A DNA stretch of 63,953 nucleotides, filler included, from Phoronis australis (taxonomy: Eukaryota > Animalia > Phoronida): NCBI GenBank assembly GCA_002633005.1. It is 7 parts of 7 records of this genome, joined end to end, with 100 filler letters (N's around TTAATTAATTAA, not from the genome) between each part and the next. Parts side by side here need not be neighbours in the genome. Positions count along the whole stretch, not along the records: positions 29,849 to 50,310 come from NMRA01000175.1; positions 50,411 to 62,473 come from NMRA01001661.1; 5 more parts are not named here. One strand, written 5' to 3'. Position numbers and translations under genes: made by a program. Shown piece after piece: positions 47,738 to 61,227 of this stretch (within the stretch, counting starts at the first letter, position 1; each line of letters begins with the position of its first letter). The notes under the pieces are model-generated. The model had not been told where the DNA came from. It ran no database searches and saw nothing but the letters and a program-made list of their open reading frames with translations.

Positions 47738-48870
47738 GTGTGAATGAATCGCCAAGTAGGGATCTGCAACATCAACTCATCGTCAAGAATTCGTCGTCTC
47801 AGACACATCGTCAATACGTCCGACCCCCGAGACCCCTGAACGCTTTTTCCCGTCAGAAACCATCAACTCGTCTCCGAGAACATCAAAACGCACTTTACAC
47901 TGGGTCAAAATGTAGCCTGTGTCAGGAAACTTCACGCCTCGATCAAGTTGATTCCTCGGAAAGACTAGAAATCAGAATCAGGATGGCAAGCAAACGACTC
48001 AGTTTTGGAGAGCATTATTTATCTCGCCCTATTGTACCTAAACAAAATAAAACTAACCGATTCGTTGTACCCACCTAGTTTTTTAACTCTATTTTTAATG
48101 CATAAACCGGATAGATACAATATTATTACACAGGTTGTTAGGTTCCCTACACACGTCCAATCGCACTCACTCATGGGGCCTTACAAGACTTAAAGAATAA
48201 AGGTTCATCAACATATAAACTATCCATGGGAGTCCTACTAATCAAATTAGAATATTCGCCATTTTTGTAGAATATGTTTTTTATGATTTCTGTTTTTTAA
48301 GTAGTTGACACAAGGCTTAACATTCATTAAACTCCGGCGGTATAAATGATATTTGCCCAAAAATTAATATTAAATTCAGAACATTTGAGTCTGAAAACCT
48401 TTCGCAGGTAACATCCTGATGTGGGAGGCTTTTGTAAATTGGGTCACAGGGGAAATGCATGACAAAAACTGAAAAACGCAGATATACTTCTTGAAGAGTT
48501 ATAAAACAACAAAATATTGAATTGAACACTTTTTAGGCCGCTGAAATATTTCATGATGTCCCTAAAACTGTTTTTCTTTTTTCTGCTCTCTCGTCCTTAA
48601 ATGAGAAGGTATGTTAATAAAATATTTTAATTTCTACTTTTTAATTGTCGGGAAGCGTTCATTTTGTTGCAAAAATATTTTTGTTTCCTAATAAAAACTC
48701 TTATGTCAAATTGCAAGTGGTATTTATTGGATCGGGCGTCGCGCGAGAACGAATTACAAACTTGATTTTAATTTACGTCTTCATAGATACCAACTTTTTC
48801 TACTGTTGATACGAAATTCCTTTCAGATACTCGAATTTGCATTTAAAAAGTTACACTAAAAATGTCCAGC
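47738..48870 (+). repeat. Interspersed repeat, copy 2 (left part matches 33765-34000, right part matches 30553-31495)
   Basis: GTGAATGA.TCGCCAA...CAACATCAACTCATC...GATCAAGTTGATTCCTC...GAAATCAGAAT followed directly by GATGGCAA...CGACTCAGTTTTGGAGAGCA. Confidence 0.8.
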
Positions 48871-50310
48871 TGTTGTGTCAGTCTTCGAAATACGAGTTTG
48901 CATTTCTGAAAACATGCTCAAAATATCAATTTTACTTTAACAACGACAACGAAGCAGTCTGCAGTGCCAAGTAAGTGACGTCACCCAAGTGATTGTCAGT
49001 TATTCTGCTGTTGTTGAGATTCGAAATAGAAAACGTCTGCTCCCGCTTCCTATTCCAGACGAAATCTATTTTTTAAGAAGGGCCACGTCATATTTTGTGA
49101 TGAATTTGTCTCTTAAGTGAAACAATATCTAAATACTAAAGGTCCTAATTAAGCTGCGTACCCACTTGCCTTATAAAGCTAAGAGGCTTATAAGTATATG
49201 AAAGAAATCTGTTAAAATTCACACTTTTAATGAAAACTACAATTCCGACACAGAGATTGGCTTTAAAACACGAGACACGTAATTGTTCTTGCTTTAGACA
49301 ATTTTGGCTTTTAGTAGCAGAAAATCAAAAATTTTGACTTCTTACTGATGAAAGTGCAATTTCATGCCTCGTTCTCACGATTTGAGAAATCTGTCATATC
49401 CAAGCTCTGGCAAAATTCTGAAAAGGATAAAAGCTGCTTCTGGTTCTTCAAAGACTCTTCAGTGGAACTATACTACTACTAAATGACGTTAACAGCATCT
49501 GCTCACTTATTTTGTGTTCACTTGGAAATGGGAGAGAAAATTTTTGATTTCTAACACGCCCTTACAGAAATGAACTTAAGTTTTTCGTTGAAAACCCAAG
49601 TTTTTAGCGAAAAAAATTAAGTTTTTGGAAAATAACTTAAGTTTTAGAGGAAAAACTTAAAAGACAGTCCATATAAAAACCAGTAGATTTTCAAAAATCA
49701 GTCTATACGTCAAAATTTAAAACAACTTCATTTTTTGTACATGGGTAGGTATCCTAACATAAACCCAAATGCCAAATTTTGTGCACTCAATGACCCCTAA
49801 TTTCGCCGCAGGAGCATGATCACACAAATTGGCACAATTGGGCATATTAGCCGTCTCAAAAATCGCATTTTTTCAGCAACAAAAATGAGTAACATACAAA
49901 ATAGATCAAAAGCTATATTTTGGTGGCTGACATAACCAACGTATACTGTACATAATTCTGTGCCATTTATTAAAATCTGACAGTTTTGTGCTAGACAGGG
50001 GAGCTAATCCACAGACCACTTTTTGGGGCCAATTTTAGTGACCATTTTTGTGACCTTCTTACTGCCATAAAACACCTTGTAGCCTTATGTGACGTTTTGA
50101 ACATACAGTTAAAGAGTTAGTCTTGATGACTGGCCAATAAAAAATCTTGCCTCAACTTTGCACCTTAGTGAAAATTGTCTTGCAAAACTGTCTATTTTCA
50201 TAGTTTGGATATGACGAGCAGAGTTTACAGACCATTTGAACAAACTTTTAGGCAATAAGTCTGCTTTAAATAGTTATAGAAACCAAGTCTAAACTCTTTC
50301 AAATGAAAAC

Positions 50311-50410
50311 NNNNNNNNNNNNNNNNNNNNNNNNNNNNNNNNNNNNNNNNNNNNTTAATTAATTAANNNNNNNNNNNNNNNNNNNNNNNNNNNNNNNNNN
50401 NNNNNNNNNN
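50311..50410. other. Artificial scaffold-joining linker
   Basis: 44 N + TTAATTAATTAA + 44 N. Confidence 0.97.
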
Positions 50411-50463
50411 CATGGATCAGGTGCTTGTGGTTGGGTTGTTATGACACCTGCTGATGAAGAGTC

Positions 50464-50568
50464 TGTGTTGCACATGGACATACATTCAGTGAAACCCTGT
50501 GTTGCACTTGGACATACATTCAGTGAAACCCTGTGTTGCACATGGACATACATTCAGTGAAACCCTGT
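50464..50568. repeat. 34-bp tandem repeat, 3 copies
   Basis: Unit TGTGTTGCACATGGACATACATTCAGTGAAACCC. Confidence 0.9.
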
Positions 50569-51109
50569 TCGAATGCTATCTCCATGGGATGTAGTCGTCT
50601 TTTTTCTTTTTGGGGTTGGAGGGTGACCTGGACTTAGAATTGTGTCTCATGTGTATGAACGAAAGAAGTCTTAAAATGTGACCCTTATTTATACCTCACC
50701 TGGAAAAAGTCTACCAAATTTTACCTTATCCTCTTGTGTAGCAAATTTTTAAGATCTCACCAGTATTCATAGTATGCCGAGAATAATCTAGTCAAAATTT
50801 ATATCAAGCAAAATGTGATATCCCATCCCCGTCCTATTTTGTACCCTCTTAATCTGAACTGGCACCCCAAATTTACATCATAATGGTGAATAAAATGAAA
50901 AATGCATTTCAATCGGTACAAGGTGTTTCTAGCTTTACACGCAAATTTACCCTTAGCTGTATTTTTGTCAAATGATTGTGTAAGGCATACATCATGTAGG
51001 ATAGTGCATTGTTTTGATTTTCTAATATACCCAGAGTGTATAGAAAATACAACATAATCGTAACTTACGTTTGCTTTTTCAGAAAAGTCTTGATTGCTTA
51101 ACCCACAAC

Positions 51110-54100
51110 ATGAAGCAAGCCGTGGTTCTAGGTCTGCTACTTGTCGCCCAAGTACAGTGTCAGAGTAAGTTACTCATTACAAGAACAGTGAACTAACATA
51201 CTTGTAGATGTTGACAGATTTTATGCTTTTTGATCTACAGTCATTGGAGATTATTCTGGAATTGAAGTGATTTGTCGACAGATGTTAGCAAGTCAGTAGT
51301 TGTATTTCATTTTTTTTATGAAACGTCCTGTGGCATAGAAAGTAAATCTTAAGCATTGTTATACATAGGCGGATCCAGGGGTTAAAGGGGTCGGGAGTCC
51401 CCCTTTTCCCTTGATTTTAGTGATATTAAATCTAGAATTTTTAAATTGTTGACTTGGACCCCCTTTTAAAAATCCTGGATCCACCACTGGTATGTTGTGG
51501 TACAGTAAAGTCTCACCAGAATTGATGAGGTTTCATTTTTCAATGGCTTCTTTGTACTGTTTGAATGCTCACAATTTCTCAAAACATTGCAACATGAGAA
51601 CCTTGGTAAAGACGTTTAATTCCACTTCAAGCTGCGCAGTAGCAAGTGGGAAAGTACCTTCATTTGCAACGAGGTGGCGACACTAGTCTTGTGACCAATT
51701 GCTGTCTCTTTGGTTCGCCAACGGCTGCATGATAGTAATCTTTGTTGCGGAAAACCCGATGACAAATTAGTGTAGCTGACTTCACTGCCTTGTAAATTGT
51801 TCTAAAGTTGGCTACATTGAAACTAAAAAAAGTGTACATTTGCCAGGCAACGAGCAGCTAGGTGGGAAAAGTTCCGTGCAAGGCGGGACGCCCGACGGTA
51901 ATTCGACGAGTAAGTTCCTGTGCAAAATGTCGTCCTGCTTGCCCCCTGTTGTCTTGATATAGTATCGTGTCGATGGTAGATGTTGGCATTTTTGGTTTTT
52001 GCAAATTCTTACCACTGTCACAATCTTGAAGCTTTTTGCAAGCGTTATTTGTTTATTAATTGTTCACTTGAATTATATCTTGCCAAGCTTGCCACTTTAG
52101 TATTTATTATTTATTTTTATTTTTGTTCCCTTTTTTGACAAATTTGTAAAAACATTCTTGCCCAAAGGTGTAGATATATTTGACTGACCATGTTTTGCTT
52201 AGTTTTGAAAGCAATTTTAATGTCGATTTTTGTAATCATACTGAGAACTACAAGACACCGTCAATTGGTTACTTTGTTTGGCTTGGTAACACGCTGGTAT
52301 TGCCGGAATTGTGATTCTCATGAATGCCTTTATAAATCTCGGCAAAACACCAGAAAACTTTATCTACATCTTGTGTTGTGTTTGGTTTATTCGTTTTTGT
52401 CAGTACTCTAGTGTAAGGCATGCCATGTGACCTCAAGGGTAACTGCTAAAGTGGATAAGAAGTGTACGCAAGCATGTTATTTTTAATATTAACAGGAATT
52501 TGTGCACCTAATCACCATATATTGAGGATAAAAAGATATTTACTCTGCACAATCACCAGTCCTTGGACAGAAATTGCATTGACGTTCTCAGAACTTTCAA
52601 AACTTTTAATTCGATATGATTTCCTGCCTAGAGATATTCTGTTGCATAGTTACATGTGATGTTTGCTTGTGCAGAGTAGATACTGTATCTAGTTAAGTTA
52701 ACGTCCACGTTTGGTCAGGCCCAACCCTCGATTTTCAGCGTTTCCATTTTGAGTGCCCATGTTGAGTTCTTGACCTGAAGGAGTTCGGTGCTGGTCAGAA
52801 AACAGTGCCCTCTCCTGGCCATGTAGCAAGGACCCGCAAACATTTACCATGTTTCAAATTGAGCTAGTTACAAACATACCGTACTAAGTTGTTGCCATTC
52901 ATTGCTGTTGCTTAGGAATGGTTCATATTTACTGACGCTTACAAAATCGTGCAAAATGCACTCCTTTTGGCAGACCTCCTAAAGGTGCAATGTACTTCTG
53001 AAAGTGTTGCTTTTTTCTCTGACTGATTTACACATTTTTTTTAAGAAAAAAATTAAAATATACTTAGGATTTTAACTTCTTCCTCCCAGTGTAGGTGTTC
53101 ATCTCTCTGTTTACTGAGCGGTATCAATATAAGGCTCTCAATGTGTCTGTTATTAGGGCCCCTCCTGACTATATCTGAAGCTTTTGAAACACTCAAGTGC
53201 TGTCCACACACAGACTTACCCCAGAACAATCTTTCCCACGAACGACTTGTTGCTAGGTTTGAAAGCAGTCTGGACACTGTTTAAGGTAGTGCGACTTGCC
53301 CCACTTGTGACAAGTTACTCCACCATATCGTGGTAGGGTAACTTGTTCTAGGGTAACTTCAAGGCTGGGAATTTTCCGCGGAAATGCGGATTTTCGTTTA
53401 TTTCAAATGTTCTGTCCGCGTAAAAAAAAATCGGATTTGATATAAAATTTCCGCGGCAAATTTCTTTCTTACCGCAGCGTTGCCGACGACTTTCTCCTCG
53501 AAAAGCGGAAGTTGATCTTTATGTTTCGGAGNTCTCCGAGTTTGAATAAGGAACAATTAGTAGAACTACTTTGCGGCAGTAAGTGGTCTAAATTCTAAGA
53601 TGTTTGTTTCGATTGAAAGCGGTGTTAATAACGGTAGCCGCTTCAAATACTAATGTTCAACTGCAACTTGCAATGCCATGTTTGACCCGTGAGGTATCGT
53701 GGAAGTTTGTCGTTTGTCACTCACAACCCGTGCCCTCATAACTCTTACATGGCTCTCCAAACACCACCCAGTGCTATATTTTGTGTTTTTTGATTAACGT
53801 TTGATTGTTCATTTGTTTTATGTTTTATCGTTTTGCTCCATGACTGATTTTTCTACTACTTGAGCGTTATCGTCCCTTCAACTCTCCTTTCCTCTCAGCT
53901 GTGTTACAAAGAACAATGAAATTGCTCCTTCCATTCGCATATTTACTTATAATTTTGTCTGTCTCGGGAAAGGTTTTAATGAACAGGTTTGCGATATAAT
54001 CGGTGATAACTAACCGCCACCTTGTGAACTAACAAAGGCGATTTTCTTCATTCTTCAGGATTTGTTAAATTCTCATGCAAACATTTTACTTTTTGCAATT

Positions 54101-57100
54101 GCTGTTGTGACAGACCGGTATAACAAGTCTTGTAGAAAATGTTTTTGCCCGTTTCTACATCCCAAAATTTGGCCAGTATCTGATCTCTGTTTGATTGCCG
54201 AGTTGAAAGTGTTGATAAACCCGCGTTCTTCCGTCAAAGAATCCACCTTTGCTTTAGATCATTCCCCACTTTGAAATAGGGTCCAACTTGTCCCTTTCTC
54301 AAATGAGGACTAATTTCTCATGGAGGGATGAACTGACAGGTTGGTATTGCTTGTCACCCAACTCATCATCCCATAAAATGACCTGTTTATCAAGTTTCAT
54401 CTTCAGTTGTAACGAACTGTCATTTGTTCTCATGATCGGAAATTGTCTCTAATCTGAGCAAAGAACAAACTGAGAGCAGATTTGTAGTTCAGAAACTCAA
54501 GTTTTGTTTTTTAACAAAGGCGCTTTAATAAAATCTAGGTTTTCTGTCTGGTGAATTCGCAATTCTTGTTGGAAATTTTTGTGTTGGTAACTGGAAAGTC
54601 ATTTTGAAACTGCATTGAGCACCGTATACATGGACTGCTCCTTTAAATCACTCATGATTGTGTGAGGAGCTAAAATTTGTCTGAGAAAATTGTGTGCCCA
54701 AACCTAATGTCTACAGGACTAAACTTTGTGGCCTTCAAGTGGTCCCCGCATGGAGCGGAAAGCGAATGATGATATTTATATCTGTGGTCAATAGAAACGC
54801 TTGACTGATGCTAATTAGATGTTTATTTTTTCAATTTTATAGGTGAGGCACCAGTGAAAATTACAGAAGGTCCAAAAGATATTGGGATAAACCCTAGAAA
54901 AAGTGTTACGTTCAAGTGCAAATTCACAGGCGAGCCTCAACCAAGGTATGTCAATATTTGTAGGTTTCTCAAAATTAGACACCAAATACAGATACAGCAA
55001 TGATACATGAAAAGCGCCATTTTTCTTGTTACTTTAATTAATTGTTATTTGCCATTATTGTTCTGCTATGATTGCAACTATAGGAAGGATTGTGCCTATA
55101 GTATTCAGTGCTCAAGATGTGTTTCAGTGTTGTCTGGCATTACGGCAAAACACCAACGGGCTTGAAGAAGTTGACGATAGACCCCACTGGCACGAAGAAC
55201 TTTGTGCGGGACAACGTCGCTGGCGAGAACACGCTGCATATTAATAAGGTCACCGAAGACGATGCGGGCTACTATCAATGTATAGCCAACAATGGAAAAA
55301 GTGGGGACATGTCTAGTCTGGCTCATCTAGTTGTCCACCGTAAGTGAATGCACAGTTTTTTACGCCTCTTGAACAGCTTTCTAAGGTGTTGCTTCTTTCT
55401 GTGAAGTCGTGGTTTTGCTGACCATTGAAACATGGTACCAGCTTGCACAAAGTGTCCGGGAAGAGAAATATATTTTATGTTTTCAATTCAGTTTCAAGTC
55501 ACTTCTCTCTGTAATTTGATGCTAAAGCTTGAATGCATATGTTTTTCAGTATATTTGCCTGAACTGAGCTCATGTAGGCATTGATACACGTTAGTTGTAC
55601 AAGATCAAAGACTGTGTTTTATTATTCAGGTCGTGTTGGGATCTTTATACTAAATGAATGTTGTTTATGCTGGTTGTTTTCAGTGTGACATCAAAGTTGG
55701 CCATTACTTTATCAAATGTTTGTGTTGTTTTAAATTATCACTTGGCTGAACTGTATGAAAAGCTTTCTGTTCCTAAAGATTTCACGGGTCATACATCAGC
55801 AAAAGGACAAGAGATCACAGTGCATGTTGGAATGAAATTAGAGGTACCATGTAAGCCGTGGTTGGACTTTGCACCGCGCCAGTCTGTCGTGTTTAGCTGG
55901 GTTAATAATGTGGGAGACAAAGCAGCAGCATCTGTTGACACGTCTCTCAAACGCATACAGGAAATCCCTGTAACCGGTAGGTTGATCTATTGCTGTGCCA
56001 TTCACTAGCTTGTTGAAACTCCTCGCCCGTTTGTGGCACATTTCATAGTCTGGTTAACGACTTGCACTAGTCAGGTGTGGAATTCGGGATTTTGCGAACC
56101 AGTTTGATGCCCGTTATCCAGAGGTTGAAATTGGTCATACACTACTGTGAGTGTTTGCTACTGGAACTAACATCTTACTCTTTGTTATGGGGGAAGTGTT
56201 TATTGATTATTGCTTAAGCATTAATTCTTTTTACCGTCCCGAGCTGAGCTCTAGAGGCGGGATCAACTGTTAACTTACTTAAAAGTAGGAACGAAAGGAC
56301 TTAGGGTACATAGGAAGCTGTTCTGTACCTGGCGAGTGATTCAATTTGAGTGAAAGCCGTGTAACCTTTGACCTTGGATAAGTAGTAAACAAATTTCCAC
56401 GGAGATGGGCAGTTCCAAGGTATTTTGCTAGACNNNNNNNNNNNNNNNNNNNNNNNNNNNNNNNNNNNNNNNNNNNNNNNNNNNNNNNNNNNNNNNNNNN
56501 NNNNNNNNNNNNNNNNNNNNNNNNNNNNNNNNNNNNNNNNNNNNNNNNNNNNNNNNNNNNNNNNNNNNNNNNNNNNNNNNNNNNNNNNNNNNNNNNNNNN
56601 NNNNNNNNNNNNNNNNNNNNNNNNNNNNNNNNNNNNNNNNNNNNNNNNNNNNNNNNNNNNNNNNNNNNNNNNNNNNNNNNNNNNNNNNNNNNNNNNNNNN
56701 NNNNNNNNNNNNNNNNNNNNNNNNNNNNNNNNNNNNNNNNNNNNNNNNNNNNNNNNNNNNNNNNNNNNNNNNNNNNNNNNNNNNNNNNNNNNNNNNNNNN
56801 NNNNNNNNNNNNNNNNNNNNNNNNNNNNNNNNNNNNNNNNNNNNNNNNNNNNNNNNNNNNNNNNNNNNNNNNNNNNNNNNNNNNNNNNNNNNNNNNNNNN
56901 NNNNNNNNNNNNNNNNNNNNNNNNNNNNNNNNNNNNNNNNNNNNNNNNNNNNNNNNNNNNNNNNNNNTTTATAAACAAGTACAAAAAAACAAACAATTTT
57001 GCTCGTCTACTTTCATTGTTGCTAGAGTAATTGGAAGGTATTTTACAGTTTATTTAGCATTGTATTAGATCTTAAGGTTATCTCAAACCTTATTTAGTGT

Positions 57101-60100
57101 CCTTCATTCCAATCTGTATGTAAAAGTATATATTTTCTTAAAGAAAAAAGAACAGGGAATATAAAAATATGTTTTATATTTATTCTTTTTATTACGTTAA
57201 CACCTTTTGTAAGTCAATGTTTCATTTTTAAGAATGGTACATTCATAGCAAAGAACCTCTCGGTCGATTTTAATGAAGTCTTTTTAAATGAACTCTTCAC
57301 TAGTTACCTCAAAAAGGCTGTTAGGAATTTTCGATTAGTCTTTTCATTTGGTTTCTATGACAAATCAACATAAGGTATTTTTGTAAAGATAGAAGTCATA
57401 TTCATCTTTGTTACATTGCGCAAAAATTAGGCCTTCGATATTGAAAATCCTAAAGCGTTTTTGAGATTGATGAAAAAATATTAAGTGTGGAAAGTATCTG
57501 TGAAATCCACCCAGCCGTTTTCGAGAACTCTTGTTCCTAAGTTCAAATTCAGTCAATTTGCCGAAGCTGAGAAATAACCGATTAAACTGGGAAAAGTGAA
57601 ATTATCAAGGTCTTCGGTTAGTTATTTGGTGAAAACTTCGTTTTCGGTCAATATAACCTATTCATGCCTTCACCATGTTAGCTATTTCAACATCCACTCT
57701 TAATGTGAATTGAATTTGCGATGTGCAATTAACTTAATTATTGCTAAAGCATTAATTCGTTTTACCGTCCCAAGCTGAGAAGTGGGATCAACTGTTGACT
57801 TACTTAAAAGTAGGAATGAAAGGACTTAGGGTACATACGAAGCTGCTCTGTACCTGGCAGGAGATTCAATTTGAGTGAAAGCCGTGTAACCTTTGACCTC
57901 GGATAAGTAGTAAAAAAATTTCCATGCAGATGGGCAGTTCCAAGGTATTTTGCTAGAAATTTGTGAAATATTGTTAAAATGGCCAATTTTTGTGAATAAG
58001 GTAACTGGTTGGAGATATATTTAACATAATTAAAAGTCTCTCTCTCCCTCCCTCTCTTTCTCCCTCCTTCCCTGCCTCCATCCATCTATTAATGTTGCTT
58101 TGATGTGATTTCTACTGTGTTTGCTAATTTCCTTGTTTTCTGAAGCGAGACTGACATTTTTGTCTAGATGAAACCATTAGGGACAAGGTAGCTGGGACGC
58201 TTGTTTATCTATACACTATCGGTGAAGACTTCAAGGGTAAATACCTAATGTGTGGTCAGAAGAATGACAAGCTGGGTACTACCATTGACGCGAATGCTGT
58301 GGAAGTGAAAAAGTCGCCAGGTAAGAACTCCACGGTCAAGACAATGGCCGCTCAGCGAAGATGAAAGATACTGTTGTTAGTTATTACAAACACTTCATGG
58401 CCAAACTAAAGATAGCATTTCGGAGAAAGAAAATGTATGAAAATAAAAGCTAAAATGATTATTTTGTACTGAGCAGAAATATATGTGTACTTGAGATGTT
58501 TGCTACTAAATCAATATGGATGCGTTCTAATATTTAATCACAGACTTTCAACAGATTCTGAGTGTATGCTACACTCCCCCTCAGTCTGATGAGTAGTAGC
58601 ACTGTGAAGGGATGATAAATCTTGCTTCCCATTGGTGGGGTGGTAACATTCGTATATTTTCATTGGTTAGAAGATGAGAAATGCCTTTGTGACTAGTATT
58701 GACAGAATCGATGCTTTTCTCACAAGTTCCTGTCGTGTGATTCTTTTGAGATAACGAGGCATCAATTAAAACAATAAAACAATTCACCATACGTTTTCGA
58801 CTTGTTTCCGTCCAAACTAGGACTTCTGTCATGATGCTGCACAGTTACAGAAGGTGTCAAGTGGTCATCCTGCCACACAGGGCTTGACATAACGAGCTGC
58901 AGGTCGCATTTGCGATCTGAAATTTGGAAATGCGAACTGAGATTTTTGTCAGCTCGTATCAAGTCGCTAAATGCGACCTGGAATTTCCAGCGTATGCTAG
59001 CTGAGTTTTTACACTTCTTGGCAGATACCTGGCAAATATAAAGCAACTTGTTAAACCGACCATTATTTGGTTGTTGCCAAATCCAAGTTCAAAAGAACAC
59101 AGACTTCCCGATGACCTGTACATGTAAGCAAGTCGCGTGAACATGGGTTATGCAGAAATAACAATCGTCATGCAACCCTTGACGAAATCTATTCTCTTAT
59201 CAAGTTTCAGGATTCTATGACTCAGTAAATAGAAAATGGTTGACTCTCTCATTAAAGTAATCTTTGGGCTATTGAGGAGACACTCGTGTTGCGTGAAATC
59301 CGATGTTGATCGAACAGACATGACAGGAGTGTCAAATTTGGCAAAAGATATTGCTATGTGATAATCTAAAATGAAAATTCATCTCACTCTTTGCTAGTGA
59401 GATATCTTCCAGGTAGGCTATATGTGATTTTGACAACAGTTTGGCGTTATTCATGTCTGTGTTGCACTAGTATGCTGGCATTGTTTAAAATTCAAAACGA
59501 TTTTCTCTTGCTTTTAGGTACGGGTACACAGCCGTTAGAGCTTGTATATCCTGCCACTCCGGCGTTGCAAAAGAGGACCATTCGTGCTGGGACAGACTTT
59601 GAGCTGACGGCCATTTTTGCTGGAAAGTACGTGCCCTTGATAATTGAGTGAGATGATGTCAGCAGGAAACACCGAGTTGTTAGTAGTTGAAATATGCGTG
59701 CATTGTGGCACCTGTGTGTGAAGGTGTGGCTGTTAATGGCATGGGGCACCTAAGATCTTAAAGCATTTGAGTAAAGGTATTCAGACAAATTTACCTGAAA
59801 GTCTCTGTCATGATGGCTGACCGAAAGCCAGATTCATCGTCAGAAAAGCTTTCTGTCACGACTGAGAATGAAAGAAAATTAACTTGAAAGTTAGAAATGC
59901 TTTCAAGAATTTGCTTTGGGCTCGTTGAACATGGTAAAATAGACAAAGGTTTGCACGCTCTTCTCCGTTGTACGTCAGTTGGGTAAACTACATTGTTGCT
60001 GCCAAGTTGATTAGACAGAGAACCATGTTTTCGCCTCGTTTCAGCCCGCTACCGACCTATGAAAGCTGGGTGTTGCCCGACACAGTCAGGGCCGACCAGA

Positions 60101-61227
60101 AGGATTTGTCGGGCCCGGAAGAGAACAAGGTGAAGCTACTGAAAGCCTCCAAAGAACATGAAGGGATATACAAACTTTGTGCTAAGCTGAACACCCAGAA
60201 GAAATGCGTGGAGATAACTGTGGAGCTAGAGTGTAAGTTGGGCTCAGATAAATTGTCGGGGTGTGGGTTTGGATAAGGACTGTTGCTGTTTGAGACAGGA
60301 TTGGTTATGAAAGAGAGAGCCATGTAAGCTTTATGGAGCTTTCAGCCTCAAAATTGGCTGCATCGAAATAAACTTGTGCTGTATTCCCTGCTATTGTGTA
60401 TGAAAAGAGCACTCTAGAATTTAAATGCTGCACTGGCCCCACAAATAATTGAATCTGTGGCAAACTGGTGATGATCCTGTCGTGTATGATTGACACAAGA
60501 CTTGTGACTCATATAATTGTAATTTTATGCAGTTCGTTAACTGCATCGCTTTGTTTAACTTCTAAACATTCCTAATGTAGAGTATTTTTGTGAACAATTT
60601 AGGGACACCCTGTCTAATGTGTGAATTTGTTTTATTCTTTGCCTCCGCTACCTCTAGGTATAAGAGTCAATGAAAGAACTAGATGGCGCTTCCAGTCAGT
60701 CTTCACGCATTCTTTATTGGCATTGTCATTTCTAATCTCGTGAATTTTTTTAAAAACGCTTCAGATTTATGTAAAACTTTTTGTGTTTGGTTTTAAAGAT
60801 TAAGCACATGGATGATTTCTTTCATCATTTTCGTAGAAAATATTCAACATGGTCACGTTTTGACTGTTCAGAATATTTCAGCACTCCCTGGTGGTAATAT
60901 CGATGAAGGTGTCTAACTGGTATTGCATGAAACTAATGCACATCTTTGTTAGCGAGCTTTTTGCGATGTACCAAGCGGGGCACTTTTGAATGCTATGGTT
61001 TGCTCTTGTTAGAGCTGTCACCGTTTTTTTTTTTGTTTTAACGGAATTTTGTTACTTTTATCCAACTGTTCTCATCTGTCATACAGACCCTCCAGTGTTC
61101 ATGGATGCCGCTAAGCCAGAGTCCAGGATCATTGTTGTCGGATCAAATGCAGACTTCAAGTGTCGGTCCAAGGACCTTAAACCTACTGTCACCTCCACGA
61201 CTTGGTTCGTCAACGGTGTTCAGGCTG
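51110..61227 (+). CDS. Ig-superfamily cell-surface/secreted protein, L1CAM/neuroglian/hemolin-like: signal peptide, Ig1-Ig3 and start of Ig4 (3' incomplete)
   Basis: Phase-compatible exons 51110-51164 (MKQAVVLGLLLVAQVQCQ), 54843-54945 (PKD...VTFKCKFTGEPQP), 55128-55339 (VVW...LHINKVTEDDAGYYQCIANN), 55779-55976 (LEVPCKP...FSW), 58168-58320 (GTLVY...YLMCGQKN), 59518-59626, 60045-60232, 61087-61227 (PPVF...KPES...ADFKCRS...WFVNG). Confidence 0.85.
51364..51489. mobile_element. Short hAT-type MITE
   Basis: Imperfect TIRs CATAGGCGGATCCAGG / CCTGGATCCACCACTG; related ends near 14655-14672, 20520-20540 and 39441-39742; no clear TSD. Confidence 0.6.
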
